A stretch of DNA of 64,000 bases from Octopus vulgaris (taxonomy: Eukaryota), in NCBI GenBank assembly GCA_951406725.2, contig OX597824.1, forward strand, positions 97,650,001-97,714,000, written 5' to 3'. The position numbers and the translations under genes are program-made. The notes under the pieces were generated by a model. The model did no database searches. It saw nothing but the letters and a program-made list of their open reading frames with translations, and had not been told where the DNA came from. Positions 12,081 through 26,979 of this stretch are shown piece by piece. The stretch's first letter is position 1; every line of letters begins with the position of its first letter.

Positions 12081-13204
12081 TATATATGAGATTTATGAGG
12101 TCAGTGACATCTGTTTCGAAATTTTCTCGGTCTGTTGATATAAGTGAAAGCTAGAGACGTGACAACTACTGACCAATGCAAACGAGAAACCATGTAAATA
12201 ACGTAACCAAACAACAGATCGTGATGACGTAATCGATAGGTAAATGCAAGATAATGTATGGATGCAGTCATGAATGCATGTCTGTATGTATTTCAGTGTA
12301 CATATATGAGCATGTAAGTGTTTATGCGTGTAAATATATATCACCATCACCTCATTAGCAACAGCAAACTTTTGCAGTGTGGATCATTCAACGGACAATT
12401 TGTTTCCATTCATCTCCATCTTCTGCTACACTTATTAATGTATTTTTTCTTTCTATATGTTCCCCCTAGCCATTTCCCATGGGTTGCTTCAACGACCAAT
12501 ACTTTTTTTGCAAACCACCAGCCGTTAAATATTTAAAGTTTTTGATTGTCATTAACCCTTTACAGGGATGAATGCCTAAGATGAATCAATAAATACAGAC
12601 TTTGGTTATTTCTTAACAATCTTCTAAAACATCCAACGTAGAAGCTATGTTTTCCATAAGCCATTTTAAGAGTTCTGCATTCAGTTCCTGGAAGTATCAC
12701 AGCGTGTGGCAATTCCAATATGGCTTTTGTATATTTTGATGGTATTTATCAAGTGAAGTTCAGCGATAAGAGCAGAATTTTAGTTTTAAAGTTATTCCTC
12801 TTATCTTTTTGCTGTCATCACGTTCGCGTTGATTTGCAATATTATTTCTAATATATCAGAATTCAACATTCGACACTTTGACAGTTTAATTATCAGATTT
12901 TATAGAATTAACTTCATCATATATTCCTAAGATAATATTTAATTAATTCAGTTTAGTATAAACAAATGAATAGACCGTATTTCTCTCTTATTTGGTTTCA
13001 GTTTCTTCTCCGATTCTACTAAGTTACCAATAATAAGGACAATTTGATGGGCATATCGGTCATTAACTGTACCTTGTACAATTGTGGTAATATATCCTGT
13101 TAGTAACATCGTACTTAAATTCAAATACGAAATTGTGCCTGCCTAATGCTTTTTTGTTCTCATTATATCTGCATAGATGTTAAACAAAGGAAAAGAATGC
13201 ATCT

Positions 13205-13400
13205 TTGACTTATATATATATATATATATATGCATGTATACATACATATAAGTACATATTCATACATACATATACATATATATATATATATATTCATACA
13301 TATACATACATATACATATATATTCATACATACATACATATACATACATATATATATATATATACATCATATACATACATACATATACATATACATACAT

Positions 13401-13444
<44 letters not shown>

Positions 13445-13680
13445 TACATACATACATATACATATACATACATATACATATATACATATATATACATACA
13501 TATACATATATATACATATATATACATAGACATATATATACATATATATACATAGACATATATATACATATACATACATACATATATATACATATACATA
13601 CATACATATATATACATATACATACATACATACATATATATACATATACATACATACATATATATATATATATGTACATG
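13205..13680. repeat. (TA)n/(CATA)n compound microsatellite
   Basis: Direct reading. Confidence 0.95.
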
Positions 13681-14234
13681 CATATATGGCTATAGGACGT
13701 CATAGAATGTAAACAACATGAAATACGAAAACATGGAATACGAAATTTTTTTGCGAACAGTGAAAGAAGCAAATGGAAAACAAAATAAGCAACATAAAGA
13801 ACGACCCATCATTAGTTGTCGGTTGTTTTATCTACGCCACAGGTAAGGGCTGTTAAGCCATGACGAGGTGAGGTGTCGAACGCTGGAGAAACAAGCTTTG
13901 ATAGGAGACAGACAAAGATGCGTCAGCTCTCTTGTAGCTGATCGGAAGAAAAGAAACTCAAGTAAGGAAAAGAAAGATGGCCGATGGTTAAGTGTGAGCA
14001 ACGAAAGAGTAAAGGAGGAAGAGTGAGGAAGAGAGAGGGACAGAACGGTGAAAGGGAGAGGAAAAGAATTAGAGAAAGGATGAGAGAGGAAACGAAAGAG
14101 AAATAGAAATAAAATAGGGCAAGTGTCGCATCAAAATTATTAAGATAAAACTTACTTGGAAATGGATGTGTGGCATTATATATATATATATATATATGTA
14201 TGTATATGTATGTATGTATGTATGTATAAATGTA

Positions 14235-14336
14235 TAAGTACCAGTTTCCAACTGGGGTCGATGTAATCGACTTAATACCATTGTCTGTCCTTGTTTGTCC
14301 CCTCTATGTTTAGCCCCTTCTGGGCAGTAAAGAAAT
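14235..14336 (+). mobile_element. SINE family B, 3' half
   Basis: AAGTACCAG..CTGGGGTCGATGTAATCGACTTAA..TTTAGCCCC..AAAGAAATA, same layout as 27110-27210. Confidence 0.8.
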
Positions 14337-14409
14337 ATATATATATATATATATGTATGTATATGTATGTATGTATGTATGTATAAATGTATAAATGTAT
14401 GTATGCGTG

Positions 14410-14615
14410 TATATGTTTGTGTCTGTGTTTGTCCTCCCCCACATCGCTTGACAACCGATGCTGGTGTTTACGTTCTTGGAACCTAGCAGTCTGGCTAAAG
14501 AGACCGATAGAATAAGTACTAAGCTTACAAAGAATAAGTCCTGGGCTCGATTTGCTCGGCTCAAGAGTGTGCCCCAGCATTGCTGCAGTGCTATGAGAAA
14601 CAAGAATAAAAGAAT
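14410..14615 (+). mobile_element. SINE family A, 3' half
   Basis: TGTCTGTGTTTGTCC..CATCGCTTGACAACCGATGCTGGTG..GAATAAGTACT..CCCCAGCAT..GAAACAAG. Confidence 0.8.
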
Positions 14616-14909
14616 ATATATGTATGTATACATTCAAATATTCAAATATAGAATAGAAGCAGCGCTACTAGGATAGTAAACATTATCAACTACATACACT
14701 CAACAGATATGTTCCGTGTTAAAACATCCGGCACTTTGAGAGAGTATTCTCCACGCGCCAATTCGCAACCCACCGACAAATAAACTCAGTCACTATACAT
14801 TAAGTATATGTTGTAGATAGATACATAGCTAGACAGTCAGATAAATAGACAGACAGACAGACAGGCACATAAATAGACAGACAGACAGATAAATAGACAG
14901 ACAGACAGA

Positions 14910-15315
14910 GGATCTTTTCGGTTTGAACGGCAGTTTTTTAAAATAATTTCCACGTAACTAAACACTTTTGAACTTCGTATACTGTTAGAATGTGGTTATA
15001 AAACATCTTTTTCTCTTGGCTTTATTGAGAAAATTCTATGGTTTGTAAGATATTTGTTGTTTTTTTTCTTCAATTTCTGCAATTTCAACCAATCAATGAC
15101 ATCTATTGAGGTGAAAACATTCTGTGCCGTATGAATATGTCCCTCGTTTAAGAAACAGATTGGGTTTATTTACATTTCTGAAAAAAAAAAATACCCTTCC
15201 CCCACCCTTAACCCTAAAACATTGAAATGCAATAGATCGATACTAGGGTCATAATTATGGGTGACAATTTCATATGACAACACTAGAAAAACTGCCGTTC
15301 AAACCGAAAAGATCC
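14910..15315. mobile_element. MITE with 29-bp TIRs and 8-bp TSD (Merlin-like)
   Basis: GGATCTTTTCGGTTTGAACGGCAGTTTTT (14910-14938) and its exact reverse complement ending at 15315. TSD CAGACAGA at 14902-14909 and 15316-15323. Confidence 0.85.
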
Positions 15316-16069
15316 CAGACAGATAAATAGACAGAGATGAATTGACAAACAGACAGACACATAAATAGACAGACCGATAGACAGATAGATAGACAGACAG
15401 ACACTGTAGTTCATTTGCACTAAAGTACATCAGGATAAACATGAAACATGCAAGGAGCAGAACTTTTATGAAAAGCTTTATAATTTCAGAAGAACCCATT
15501 AGCGGACGAGTCCAAACTTCCTATATGGAAAAAAAAAACAATTACTAAATACGCTGGTGGCTGTAGTTAAACAGGAATTTAACGTCACCGGTTTCAAAAC
15601 CCCGAAACGCTAAACAAATTTATTACATCAATTTTTATTTCTCTATAACTTTCATAAAGGGGGACGAGAACCTATGGTTGGAGAAAGGGATCACCTCAGT
15701 AAAACTATTTAAAGGTTTTGGCTCAAAAGACTTAAGGATTGCAAGGGATTCCTTTACACACACTTCACACTTATTTATATTTACTCTGAAGTAAGGGGCT
15801 CTCCAAATAAGGGGTATTCTCCACGCGCCAATTCGCAGCCCACCGACAAATAAACTCAGTATACATTAAGTATATGCTGTAGATAGATAGATACATAGCT
15901 AGACAGATAGATAAATAGACAGACAGACAGACAGATAAATAGACAGACAGACAGACAGATAAATAGACAGACAGACAGACAGACAGACAGATAAATAGAC
16001 AGACAGACAGACAGATAAATAGACAAACAGACAGATGAATTGGCAGACAGACAGATCGATAGATCTTTT

Positions 16070-18168
16070 ATCTTTCACTTGTTTCAGTCATTAGACTGCT
16101 GTCATGCTGGGGCACCGTCATGAGGAATTTTAGTAGAAAGAATCAACTGCAGTACATTTTGGAAGCTGGTATTTATTCTCTCGGTCTCTTTTGGTACGTT
16201 ACGAGGAAGTAAAGCCACCAACACTGGTTGCCAAGTGGTGATGGTGGGTGGAGAGGACATAAACACAAACACACACACAAACATGTACATATATATGTGT
16301 GTGTCTGTGTTTGTGTGCATATGTAGATATATATATAACAAGAATAATATTTGCCTCTTATAGAAGCAAAAGGGTTTATAGGACTGCAAAAAGAAGAGCT
16401 CGAATATATGTGAAACGAAGATACAGAAGCATTGGTCATAGAACAAACATGAAATTTGGGGTCAACGACTTTACATACAACACCAACCCTCAAACATTTA
16501 ATCACATATAAAATAAAAACATCATGGTCTACAAACACATAAAAATAAAGCGTATACATAAAATTACAGAAGGTAAAAATATATATCCTAATGAAATGCA
16601 AATAGAACGGCTTATCAGAAGTTACATATAACGATTAAAAGTTCAAAACTATCAAAAGCCTAAAAGGACAAAATATAAAACAAAGATAAAATCGAATAAG
16701 TGTCCATCGACTTAAAAGATTCGATCTGACGATTAAATTTTTTTTCTTGATTATTAAATTTTTTTTTATTATTAATTTTTTTTTTTATTATATTTTTTTT
16801 TTTTTAAATATAAGAAAGTTTTTCACTTCCCTGACACAGGAACGTCCGAAGTCCATAAGTTAGCAGATTTCCACAGGTCAAATTTACGTCCATCTTGGAA
16901 AAAGTTTTTTATTCCCCTCACACAAGTAAGTTCAAAGTTCACAATAAACAGATATCACCGATCAAATTCAACATTTACATATAGCTATGGTCATTTCGGG
17001 AGATGACCACTGGAGTTCATTTGCACTGAAGTACATCAGGATAGACATGAAACATGCAGAGAGCAAAACTTTTACGAAAAGCTTACACCTTTTAATGAAA
17101 AGCTTATATAATTTAAGAAGAACCCATCAGCGGACGAGTCCAAATTTCCTATAGGGAAAAAAAAAACAATTGCTAAACACGCAGGTAGCTGTATTTCAAA
17201 TCCCCGTAACGCTAAACAAATTTATTACATTAATTTTTATTTCTATACACTTTCACAAAGGTGGACGATAACCTATGGTTGCCAGAAGGGATCAGCTCAG
17301 TAAACCTATTTAAAATGTTTGGCCCAAAAGACTTAAGGATTGCAAGGGATTCCTTTACCCACAACTTAACACTTATTCATATTTACTCTGAAACAAGGGT
17401 CTCTCCAAATAACGGACCATTCCAGAGAATAACTCTTATTCTTCTTCTTTCGATCGTGTAAATAAGATGCGAGGGTGGTAGAGCTGCAGTATTTTTCGTT
17501 TGGGAACGCGCTCATGTGGGCCCTACATCTAACCTTAAACTTTACTGTACTATCTATATAAAACTTTGGAAGTCTGCTTGCTTGTGAACTTTGGAAGTAC
17601 CCGTGTGAGCGAATTAAAAGACTGTTTCAAATATTTTTAAAAAATTCTTTAAATAATTTTATCTCAATATTTTAATCTTCAGATAAAATCTTTTTATTCG
17701 ATGGACACTTATTCTATTTTATCTTTATTTTATATTTTGTCCAGCAGGCTTTTGATAGTTTTGAACTTTTAATCGTTATATGTAACTTCTGATAAGCCGT
17801 TCTATTTGTATTTCATTAGAATATATTTTTTTACCTCCTGTGATTTTATGTATACGTATAATTTTTTTAATGTGTTTGTAGACAATGGTGATATTTATAT
17901 ATGATAAAATGTTTGAGGGTTGGTGTTGTATGTAAAGTCGTTGACCCGAAATTAATGCTTGTTCTACACTTAATGCTTCTTTATATATGTATATATATAT
18001 ATATATATACACGCACACGACGGACTTCTTTTAATCTGCGTCTACGAAATGCATTCACAAGGCCTGAGGCAGTGGAAAAAGACTCTTGCCCAAGGTACCA
18101 TGCTGTGGGACTGAACTTAGAACCATTTGGACGGGAAGTAAATTTCTGACCATATGACCACACCTGCA
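16070..18168 (-). mobile_element. SINE family A split by a nested insertion in its internal (TA)n
   Basis: 3' half at 16070-16310 and tRNA-like 5' half at 18010-18168, same strand, separated by the 16340-17985 insert. Confidence 0.7.
16340..17985. mobile_element. Element with ~310-bp inverted repeats (PLE-like inverted pseudo-LTRs?)
   Basis: 16425-16737 is a diverged reverse complement of 17671-17980. The family is inferred. Confidence 0.6.
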
Positions 18169-18314
18169 TGTATGTATGTATGTATGTACGCATAGATGGA
18201 TGGATGGATACATGGATACACCTGTGTGTGTGTATGTACGTTTGTATGTATATGTGTATGTACGTTTGTATGTATATGTGTTTGTATGTATGTATGTATG
18301 TATGTATGTATCTA

Positions 18315-18350
<36 letters not shown>

Positions 18351-18658
18351 GTTGTTGACAGGAAAAAGACATAGATGTTCTAGATTAATCAATCGATACT
18401 TGTGCTAGAGTCGAGGTCAATAAATTAATTTAGAAACGTCGAATTTACAGTTTTGTCTCTCCGTCTCCTCCATCTTCATCTTCTCCTCCAAAGTGGTTTC
18501 GAGATGATCAGAAAGATGGAAAGAGATTAATAAAGCAAGCGAGCAGACATTAATAAAGTTATTATATATATTTGGGAATTTGTATGTCTGCGGATATATA
18601 TGTGTGTGTGTGGAGAGATAAAGATATGTATATGCATATGTGTATGAAGAAACAGCGA

Positions 18659-18740
<82 letters not shown>

Positions 18741-18862
18741 TTTTGTGTATAGAGAGACAGAGATATATTCGTGCGTTTGTGTGTGTACGTAGGTAAATAT
18801 GCAGGAAAGTATGTATAAAGAAAATGAAAAGACCTCGAAATATTTATTGATAGATTGATATG

Positions 18863-18906
<44 letters not shown>

Positions 18907-19013
18907 AAATGAGAGCGACAAGAATTGATTCATTTGTAAATGTATAGAATAGTAGAGAGACCAAGTGTCTATATATACATATAGATATATAAATATATAT
19001 ATATATACACATC

Positions 19014-19096
<83 letters not shown>

Positions 19097-19406
19097 TTGT
19101 ATATATATATATACGCCACCTAAAACGCGCATTCATATGCACATACACACACATATATATCATATAAGAACATATATATGTCTATATGTATACTATATGT
19201 ATATATACATATATATTTACAGACACACAGACACACAAAGGGAAAGTGAAGAGAGAGAGAAAGCGATTGAGAAATAGAATGTGCATTGCATTCTCTCTTG
19301 GGAAATCCAAACATTTTACATGCATTGGATAGCATTAATAACTGCCAAATCGGTCGCAAATCTACATTATTAGAATGTAGGCACATAACTCATGGCTTCG
19401 CGTACA

Positions 19407-19463
<57 letters not shown>

Positions 19464-19557
19464 CACGCACATTTTTAGACACTCGTACATTTACATATTG
19501 AGATATACACTCATATATACAAATATGTATATTTATATATGCATGCAGAAAAACATA

Positions 19558-19613
<56 letters not shown>

Positions 19614-19959
19614 TGTACATCAGCCAATTTGAGATTATTTCAAATATGTCTGTGACATATTTTAACTTCTAAAGGCAATTATTCTGCGGTTTACCATGAA
19701 AAATTCTTGCTTACAGTAAAAAGTGTAAAAATGCAATTTTTAACGTAGTGGCGTCCTCTCTTGGACTTAGTGCCGGGCGTTCTGGTAACCCTACACGCGG
19801 CCCTCAAATTGCGGTGAAGAAGGCGGCAACGGGAAACCACTTTTCTACTTAATAATTACCAAGAACAAACATGGAAAATTGCAATTCAATGTTGGAAGAT
19901 AAACAGCGTTAAGAGGTCTTGTCTATCTCGTGAGGATGAGGGCTCGCCTGGTAGGGCAT

Positions 19960-20179
19960 CCCATGAGCAGCAAGTGGATCCCTACTGTTAATAGTCTACT
20001 GCTCGTTGTAGTCCCTGCAAACGGATTGTTCTATAAACCCCCTGCATTCCACTTCCATTGAACCCCACTTCCTCTGAATCGCTCCCTGATTCACAGCCAT
20101 TGTTTTGGCAGATCTCCACCAGCTCAGCATATTTCCTTCTCTTTCTCTCATTTGTCTCGTCAATGCGTTCCACTCGGAC

Positions 20180-20261
<82 letters not shown>

Positions 20262-20580
20262 TGTTGTTGTTGTTGTTGTTGTTGTCCAGTATGAGATCTC
20301 TGAACCTCTCTGAGACACGGAGCATGTTTAGAGCTTCTTCAACCAGCATATGGTTAAGAATCTATTGCCATTCGCAAGATCCTGTCACTACACTGCCAGG
20401 TCGCGTTTATTCTCTTTGGCTTCCCTGATCAACTGAGTAACCACACCTAAGTGCTGCACATACTCTGATACCTTTTGGATGGGATATCTTCCTAAATGAA
20501 GTATTGATGTAGAAATTCTTCGGTGGGTAGACTGTCGGGTGCCTAGAACCAATGCTTAAGAGCTCTTCCCTTTAGCTCTG
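19960..20580 (-). mobile_element. HERO (R2/NeSL-group) LINE remnants: RT piece and RLE piece separated by a (TAG)n/(TTG)n tract
   Basis: 20285-20580: QHLGVVTQLIREAKENKRDLAV..DLAN..HMLVEEALN..RFRDLILD. 19990-20175: ERIDETNERKRRKYAELVEICQNNG..EVECRGFIEQSVCR. Confidence 0.8.
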
Positions 20581-23500
20581 AGTGACAAGATTATTCTAAA
20601 TCAATCATCATCATCATTGTTCAACCGTGGTCGAGACAATGGAATTTACCATTATGGCATTACGGAGGTCCTGTTGCTGGATGCCTGTATCCCTGGAGAT
20701 TACAAAGGGGGTTAGGGTTAGGATTAGGCACTGCCCTACTGGGGACGGTGGAAAGTTTCAGAGGGGTGTTGAAGAAAAATGGGGCGATAATGGGGTGACT
20801 AAAACGGGGAAACGGATGTAAAATAATCAATAAAGGGTTAATTAAGATAAGTTTTATTTGTGAAATACTGTTGTTTTGAATTTGCTGCAGAAAATGGTTT
20901 ATGTCTATGATGGTGAATGGGGGGATGGGCACTAAGAATGTGGCCTTAGAACCAGTGGGGTGGCAGCCTGAAAAATCAACAGATGATCGTTGAGTGTTCT
21001 TCCTTCGGAATCCACGCTCCATCTACATACTTCTGCATACGTCCACTGCTGAGCCATCTTCTTTCTCCTTCAGATCGCTCTCAGGATCCTCCAGGGGCAA
21101 TGCTGCATGCGAAAGACAAAGCCGAATTAGATGGGATTCGAACTCAGAGTGTAAAGAAACTTATTTCATCAAGAGGAAGAAGAACAAATCCTATGAGTCT
21201 TTACATGGCCTCTGCGACTGTTGGTAGGGAAGATTGCCTCTGAAGCGAGGGACCTGGCGTGACCGCTTATAAGAAAGGTGGCCAAAGCCCAAGGATGGTA
21301 CTAAAGTGAGCAACGAAATAGGTGCACCACACAAGTAGTTTACGGTGGGATTTGAAGTCAGAAGATAAAGAAAATGAACGATTATTGCAAAACATCACAT
21401 CGGATGTGCTTACAATAGTCCAATACCTAAGACTAGTACTTTATTTATCGATCTCGAAAAATTATCTAGCAAAGTAGGACTCGGCAGCTTTGAACTCAGA
21501 ACGCAATGAACCGACGCTCTCACATGTCTAGTAATGCGCCGCTTCAGTTAAACATTACCAGAGAAAATCAAATATCGAATCGGGCTTAATTTGAACAAAG
21601 AATTTAAAGGAATACTGCAAGATCCTCAGTCTTGTGTTCTCTACAGTTTCTGCTTTCTTCGTGAAAGCTAATATATTCCTGTAATCCGAATGATAAGCTC
21701 TCCAATTACATTTCTAAACATGGTCTTATAAACTGTATCATGGCACACATTTTTACTTCAGTTCATGTTATACACTGTTCAGTCTGGGCCATTAAAGATA
21801 ATTACATGCTTAGCAAAATAGAATCTCTATAAAATAATCATTCAAGAATTATCACATTGTCTGAATTTAATCAGTATATTAAACACACTTGGGTACGTTA
21901 CACGTATACATTAGCAGTGGTTTATATGTAAATTTATAGGCAGTGTCAGGAGAATGAGGGCGTGCATGGTGAGAGGTTGTGAGTTTATGTAACGGTGAAA
22001 TTGATGGAGAGGAAACTGGTGAGAGAAAGTATTCGATGCTGCCGAGAAAGCATTGCTACACTGAGGCCTCCTCGGAAAACATAAAGTGTTTCTGATAAAG
22101 ATTATAAACAAAACTAAATATATTATGATGTAAATTATATCAAAATATATATTTAGGTGCAAACTGTATAAAGATGTATATTACGGTGTATACTATATCA
22201 AAATATATATTAAAATGTAAACCGTATGAAAACATCAATATTCAAATATAAAGCAAATACAGACAGCAATGCTGTGTTGTCTCTTTTATCTCCATCCACG
22301 GCATGTCCACCTTGAACAAACTAAATTACGTTTATGTAATGTGGACATTAAATACAGACATTAAATATAACTACAGGACAATCTATGTTTTATAAATATT
22401 CAACGATATATTCACACGGTTGTGTTGGAAAGAAATACGAGAGTTGTACATTTATGTCTTTGTTGATTATGTTTTATCGTCTGGTGATAGGAAGAAAGGC
22501 AGAGCCAGTCGCCATTTCCAGCTTCCTTGAGGTTGGTGGCAGAAAAAGAAGAGATAATACCCCACAGATTGGATGATCTGCTTCTAATGTTGAAATCAGA
22601 AGAGAACCTAGCCATAACGCTAACCCTAAAGGGGAAAATAAGTGCCTATACGAGAGACGAGTCTTTGGAAGGGAGTGAGGAGAATTTCCTTAAACGGAAG
22701 ACCTGACCCCAAAAGTCTGTAACAAAGGCAGCTAGGGACCAGGTGGTGTTAAAGTGGGCGACGAATTAAGACCACCGCACAAATGCCTAGATATGGGATT
22801 TTAAATCAGAAAACAGAAAGACTGAACAAATACCGCAAGGTACCAGGAAGAGAACCTCCACTTGACTTGCGTTGGTCTACTAAATTTTACTTACGGGCTT
22901 TTAATTGACTAAAGGCAACGCTGGACGGAACTTACATGGTGTGCCCCACGGTGGGATTGAACTCAAAAGAATAGCAAATCTTTTAACTTGACAATCATCC
23001 ACAGTGTCGCATAAATAAAATAAATATCTTACAAAACCGAACGACACATTCTTTGGAAACGTTGTCGTGGAAAACGATGTGTGAAAAATAAAAGATGGTT
23101 TAGTCGTGGTTCGAACAGCTTTGATAATCAATCGGATCGATTATTGATCCCTTGCGGCAAAACAACTTCAAGAATAACAAATGGGTCTGTCACTGTTATT
23201 TTATGAAACAATGCTCCGCTGAGACCAATAACGCCTCCCACTTGTAATCTTAATCTGGCGTTACTAAAGAGGAAAAAACAGGACAAGTTTATTCGGGGTT
23301 AAGCCTTGCCGAGTGAAGACTTGCCAGGCTTATTGACGAATTTCGAACGAACTGGGACGCCTTCAGTTTCGGTGACATCAGAAGGAGAAGCTTATATATG
23401 GTCGCATAACCTGGTAGAAATAGCAGCCAAATCTTCTTCAAATTGGACTACACAGTATCTAATAAAGAAGGACATTTTCGATAAGATATCAGTGATGGTG

Positions 23501-24124
23501 AATGATTTTAGCCCTACGAATCACAATTTTAAATTCTTTGAAAGTCCTGTTATTGCTCTGCCAATGCCGCTGAAACGTGTATTTTAGCTTTAGATTAAGA
23601 TTTATAGATTATAGTTTTATAGTATGTTATTGCTGGAAGATTTTTCCAGAAGTCAGTTGTGACTCCTGAAAAGCTCTCGTATGTCACTGCTAGCATATGA
23701 CTGAATGGTTCGACATCACTGTCCTACATAAGCAATGTCTGAGGGACATATTAAAAACTGATACTCCGTCGGTTACGACGACGAGTGTCCCAGCTGATTC
23801 TGTCAACGGAACAGCCTGCTCGTGAAATTACATGAAAAAAAAACACGAGTGGGTCACCTGCAGAACGCTTTTAATTATTGGTCCTCTCGACCACCACTGA
23901 CTCTGGACTAAACAACAACAACAACAATGCTTCGTAATCTTGATAAAAGCAAATGGAAGTCTTCGTAAGGAAATAACAGATTGAGTGATTATCAGAAATG
24001 CAACGACACGAATGAATTCAAATGCATAGTATTCGGTGATATGCAATACATATCGGAGATGCTTTGCCACATGCAGAAACTGCAGGCGCTGCTCAGTGCT
24101 ACTGTAAGATGTTCTAAATAATCC

Positions 24125-24560
24125 GTTGCAATGTTGAAAACCCTTCCATGCCATCAGCAGGTATCTCAGGGTCACAAGCGTTTCGGCCCTTAATTTGTAC
24201 ACTTTACCTGAAAGGGTCAGCGGGGACTGGATTAGTCTTCGCTTGTGGAAGAATTCCACCTGGGGTCTCTCGTTAATCATAGTCACTTTGAGCTTGCTTC
24301 ATCAGCCATGCTTATCTCGTTGGTAACTATCTTCAGTTTTCTGGGTTCCAGAATAATCTTCTGCAGGAAACAATGCACCGACCCAGCCGGAAAACCGCAG
24401 TAGCCAATTTCAGTTGGGAATGAGACGTATACCGTCTCCTGACAAGGACCTCGTCGACAGCTTCTAATATTTCGTTTTCTTCAGCTTCTGAGAAGTGTCA
24501 AGTCAGTCTCCCCAGGGTACATTCCACCCAGCATCCATAACATGGCACCGATGCGGTTGG
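24125..24560 (-). mobile_element. HERO-like LINE 3' end (RLE domain plus 3'UTR)
   Basis: NVPWE..KKTKY..EIGYCGFPAGSVHCFLQKI..LKIVTNEISMADEASSK.L.LTRDPRWNSST. Confidence 0.7.
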
Positions 24561-25521
24561 CATCTCTGAATTGTGCTTATAAATATAATAATTTGTCGTC
24601 ATCGTTAAGTTCCAGGTCAGCTCTGGCTGAACAGGTCTATGATCAAAAAGGTTCCAGCCATATCCATCCCATCTTATTAGACTATATCATCCTCTGTGTT
24701 CATGCTTTTCTCTGCAAGTGTAAGGTGTAATTTGGAGGAAATTTGGCTACTGTTGCTAGAAGATCAAGCAACCATGTAGAAGACCTCTCGTCGGCTGGAG
24801 TTTCCTTTTTGATTCACTCTAATCAACGTCAAATCAAAAACATTCCAACCGTGACCGTTCCATCTTGTCGGTGTATCTACAATTACCCTTTCTGTTTTAT
24901 TATAGAAACAATTCAATTTGAGGACTATTTAACTGTTATGTCTCGCAGGTCAAACCACCATGCTGAAACGTCAATAAGTAGCATAGATAAGCATAATAAG
25001 CACTCCAACTGTGACCATCCCGTATTTTTTTTTCGGTATCTATAAAGACATTAGTGTGCTGTGCTCTTCTTATCTGAGACGGCGGTGTGCTTTAGCTAGA
25101 CTTGGCTGTTGTTTCTTGCTCCAGAGGCGACCGCCTAAAGATCCCATTCCAGGCTGTCGACTGGTTTTTAGGAGGAACGAGATAAAATCTAGCGTGACAT
25201 CTTCCAATTAGATTAAGAAATCGATCAATAATTTAAATAAATAAATAAATAAATATTGAAAATTTCAGATGATCAATAAGGCAGTTTAAAAACAAATTGA
25301 TCTATTTTAATTCAGTCTAATAGCCATTTACCCTAAAACTCTTTTTAATCTTACAATTAATGTTTCAAACCATTCCTTAATTTAAAATTCAAAAACATTA
25401 TCGCTATGCGCATGTGTGTGTGTATGCTTTTGTGAGTGTGTTTATATGTGTCTAAGTGGGTGGGCGTGTGCGTATTTATATTTCTGTATGCCTATGTATC
25501 TATATTTATCTATCGATATAC

Positions 25522-25579
<58 letters not shown>

Positions 25580-25809
25580 TTCTGTGTGTGAGTGGGTGTA
25601 TATACATGTGTATTTGTATATATATATATATATAATTATATATAGGTGTGTGTGTGTGTGTGCGTGCGTGTGTGTGTAAACACCTACAATCGGAGACAAA
25701 AATAACCTGTAAGACAATCATTTAAAAATAATATCAACCCACCATGCCGTGCAAATTGTACATCATTTTGCGTCCGTTTGCCATGCTAGAATGAATTTTC
25801 CCGCCCATC

Positions 25810-26070
<261 letters not shown>

Positions 26071-26230
26071 CATACTACATATATATGTACATATAGATAC
26101 ATATTCCACTAAAAATTATTTTTATCAATTCCTGTTATCTCCAGCTGGTCTATATCTCCTGCTAAATCAATTCTAATAACATAATAATAACAACAACAAC
26201 AACAACTACAACACCAACAACAACAACAAC

Positions 26231-26290
<60 letters not shown>

Positions 26291-26979
26291 CAATTTCATT
26301 TCTTTGCCACCAGGGTCCATTCGTATGTACGATAAACGAATGAAAAATAATTACATCAGCGAGTGGGAATACAAGCATAATTATGTTTCGGACATTAGCG
26401 AGGTGGATGATACAGCAGGAAGTATTGAATTATTATTTTTTTTAATATTACACACAATAATTACATAAAATAATTAAAATGAAAATGCAAAACACAGATA
26501 TGATTTTCAAAAGATATAATCAAAAAAAGAGAGAGGGTAACCCAACGACACACGGATGAGAAACGTGCGACCGGGTCAGATTAGGATTCCCGAAAAGGCT
26601 GATAATAACTTCTCGGCCATCTTGTTTCTAACCCAGTTGTCCACATAAAATTCCGTCCCAAAATTCCTCGAGAGTAATTTGAAGGTTGGAGCAGCCAAGA
26701 GAGATTCCAAGTCAGAAAATGATTCCCATCACGTTGCCTGTGGCATTGTCCATCTTTGCCATCCTTCACGTAATTGGAGCCCGTCCTTTATTCAATCCGA
26801 ATTTTGTCTGAAAATACGTCTTCCATAAATGTCTCGTTTGTTGAGTGAAGAGTTATGAAGAAGAATGTGATGGAGATGTTGATGCGAAGGTTCCCCCACT
26901 GCGCTTTTTCTTTTTCTTCCCTTAGAATATTTTCTTTTGTAGGGAAGGTTTCTATTATTATTATTATGGGAGTTTTTAA

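Noticed and set aside
12095-12180. CGAAACAGATGTC with GGTCAGT/ACTGACC pairing (minus strand)
   Set aside because: No CUGANGA box at the required position.
20708-20730. Telomere-like GGTTAGGGTTAGGATTAGG
   Set aside because: Only about three imperfect units; common inside repeats.
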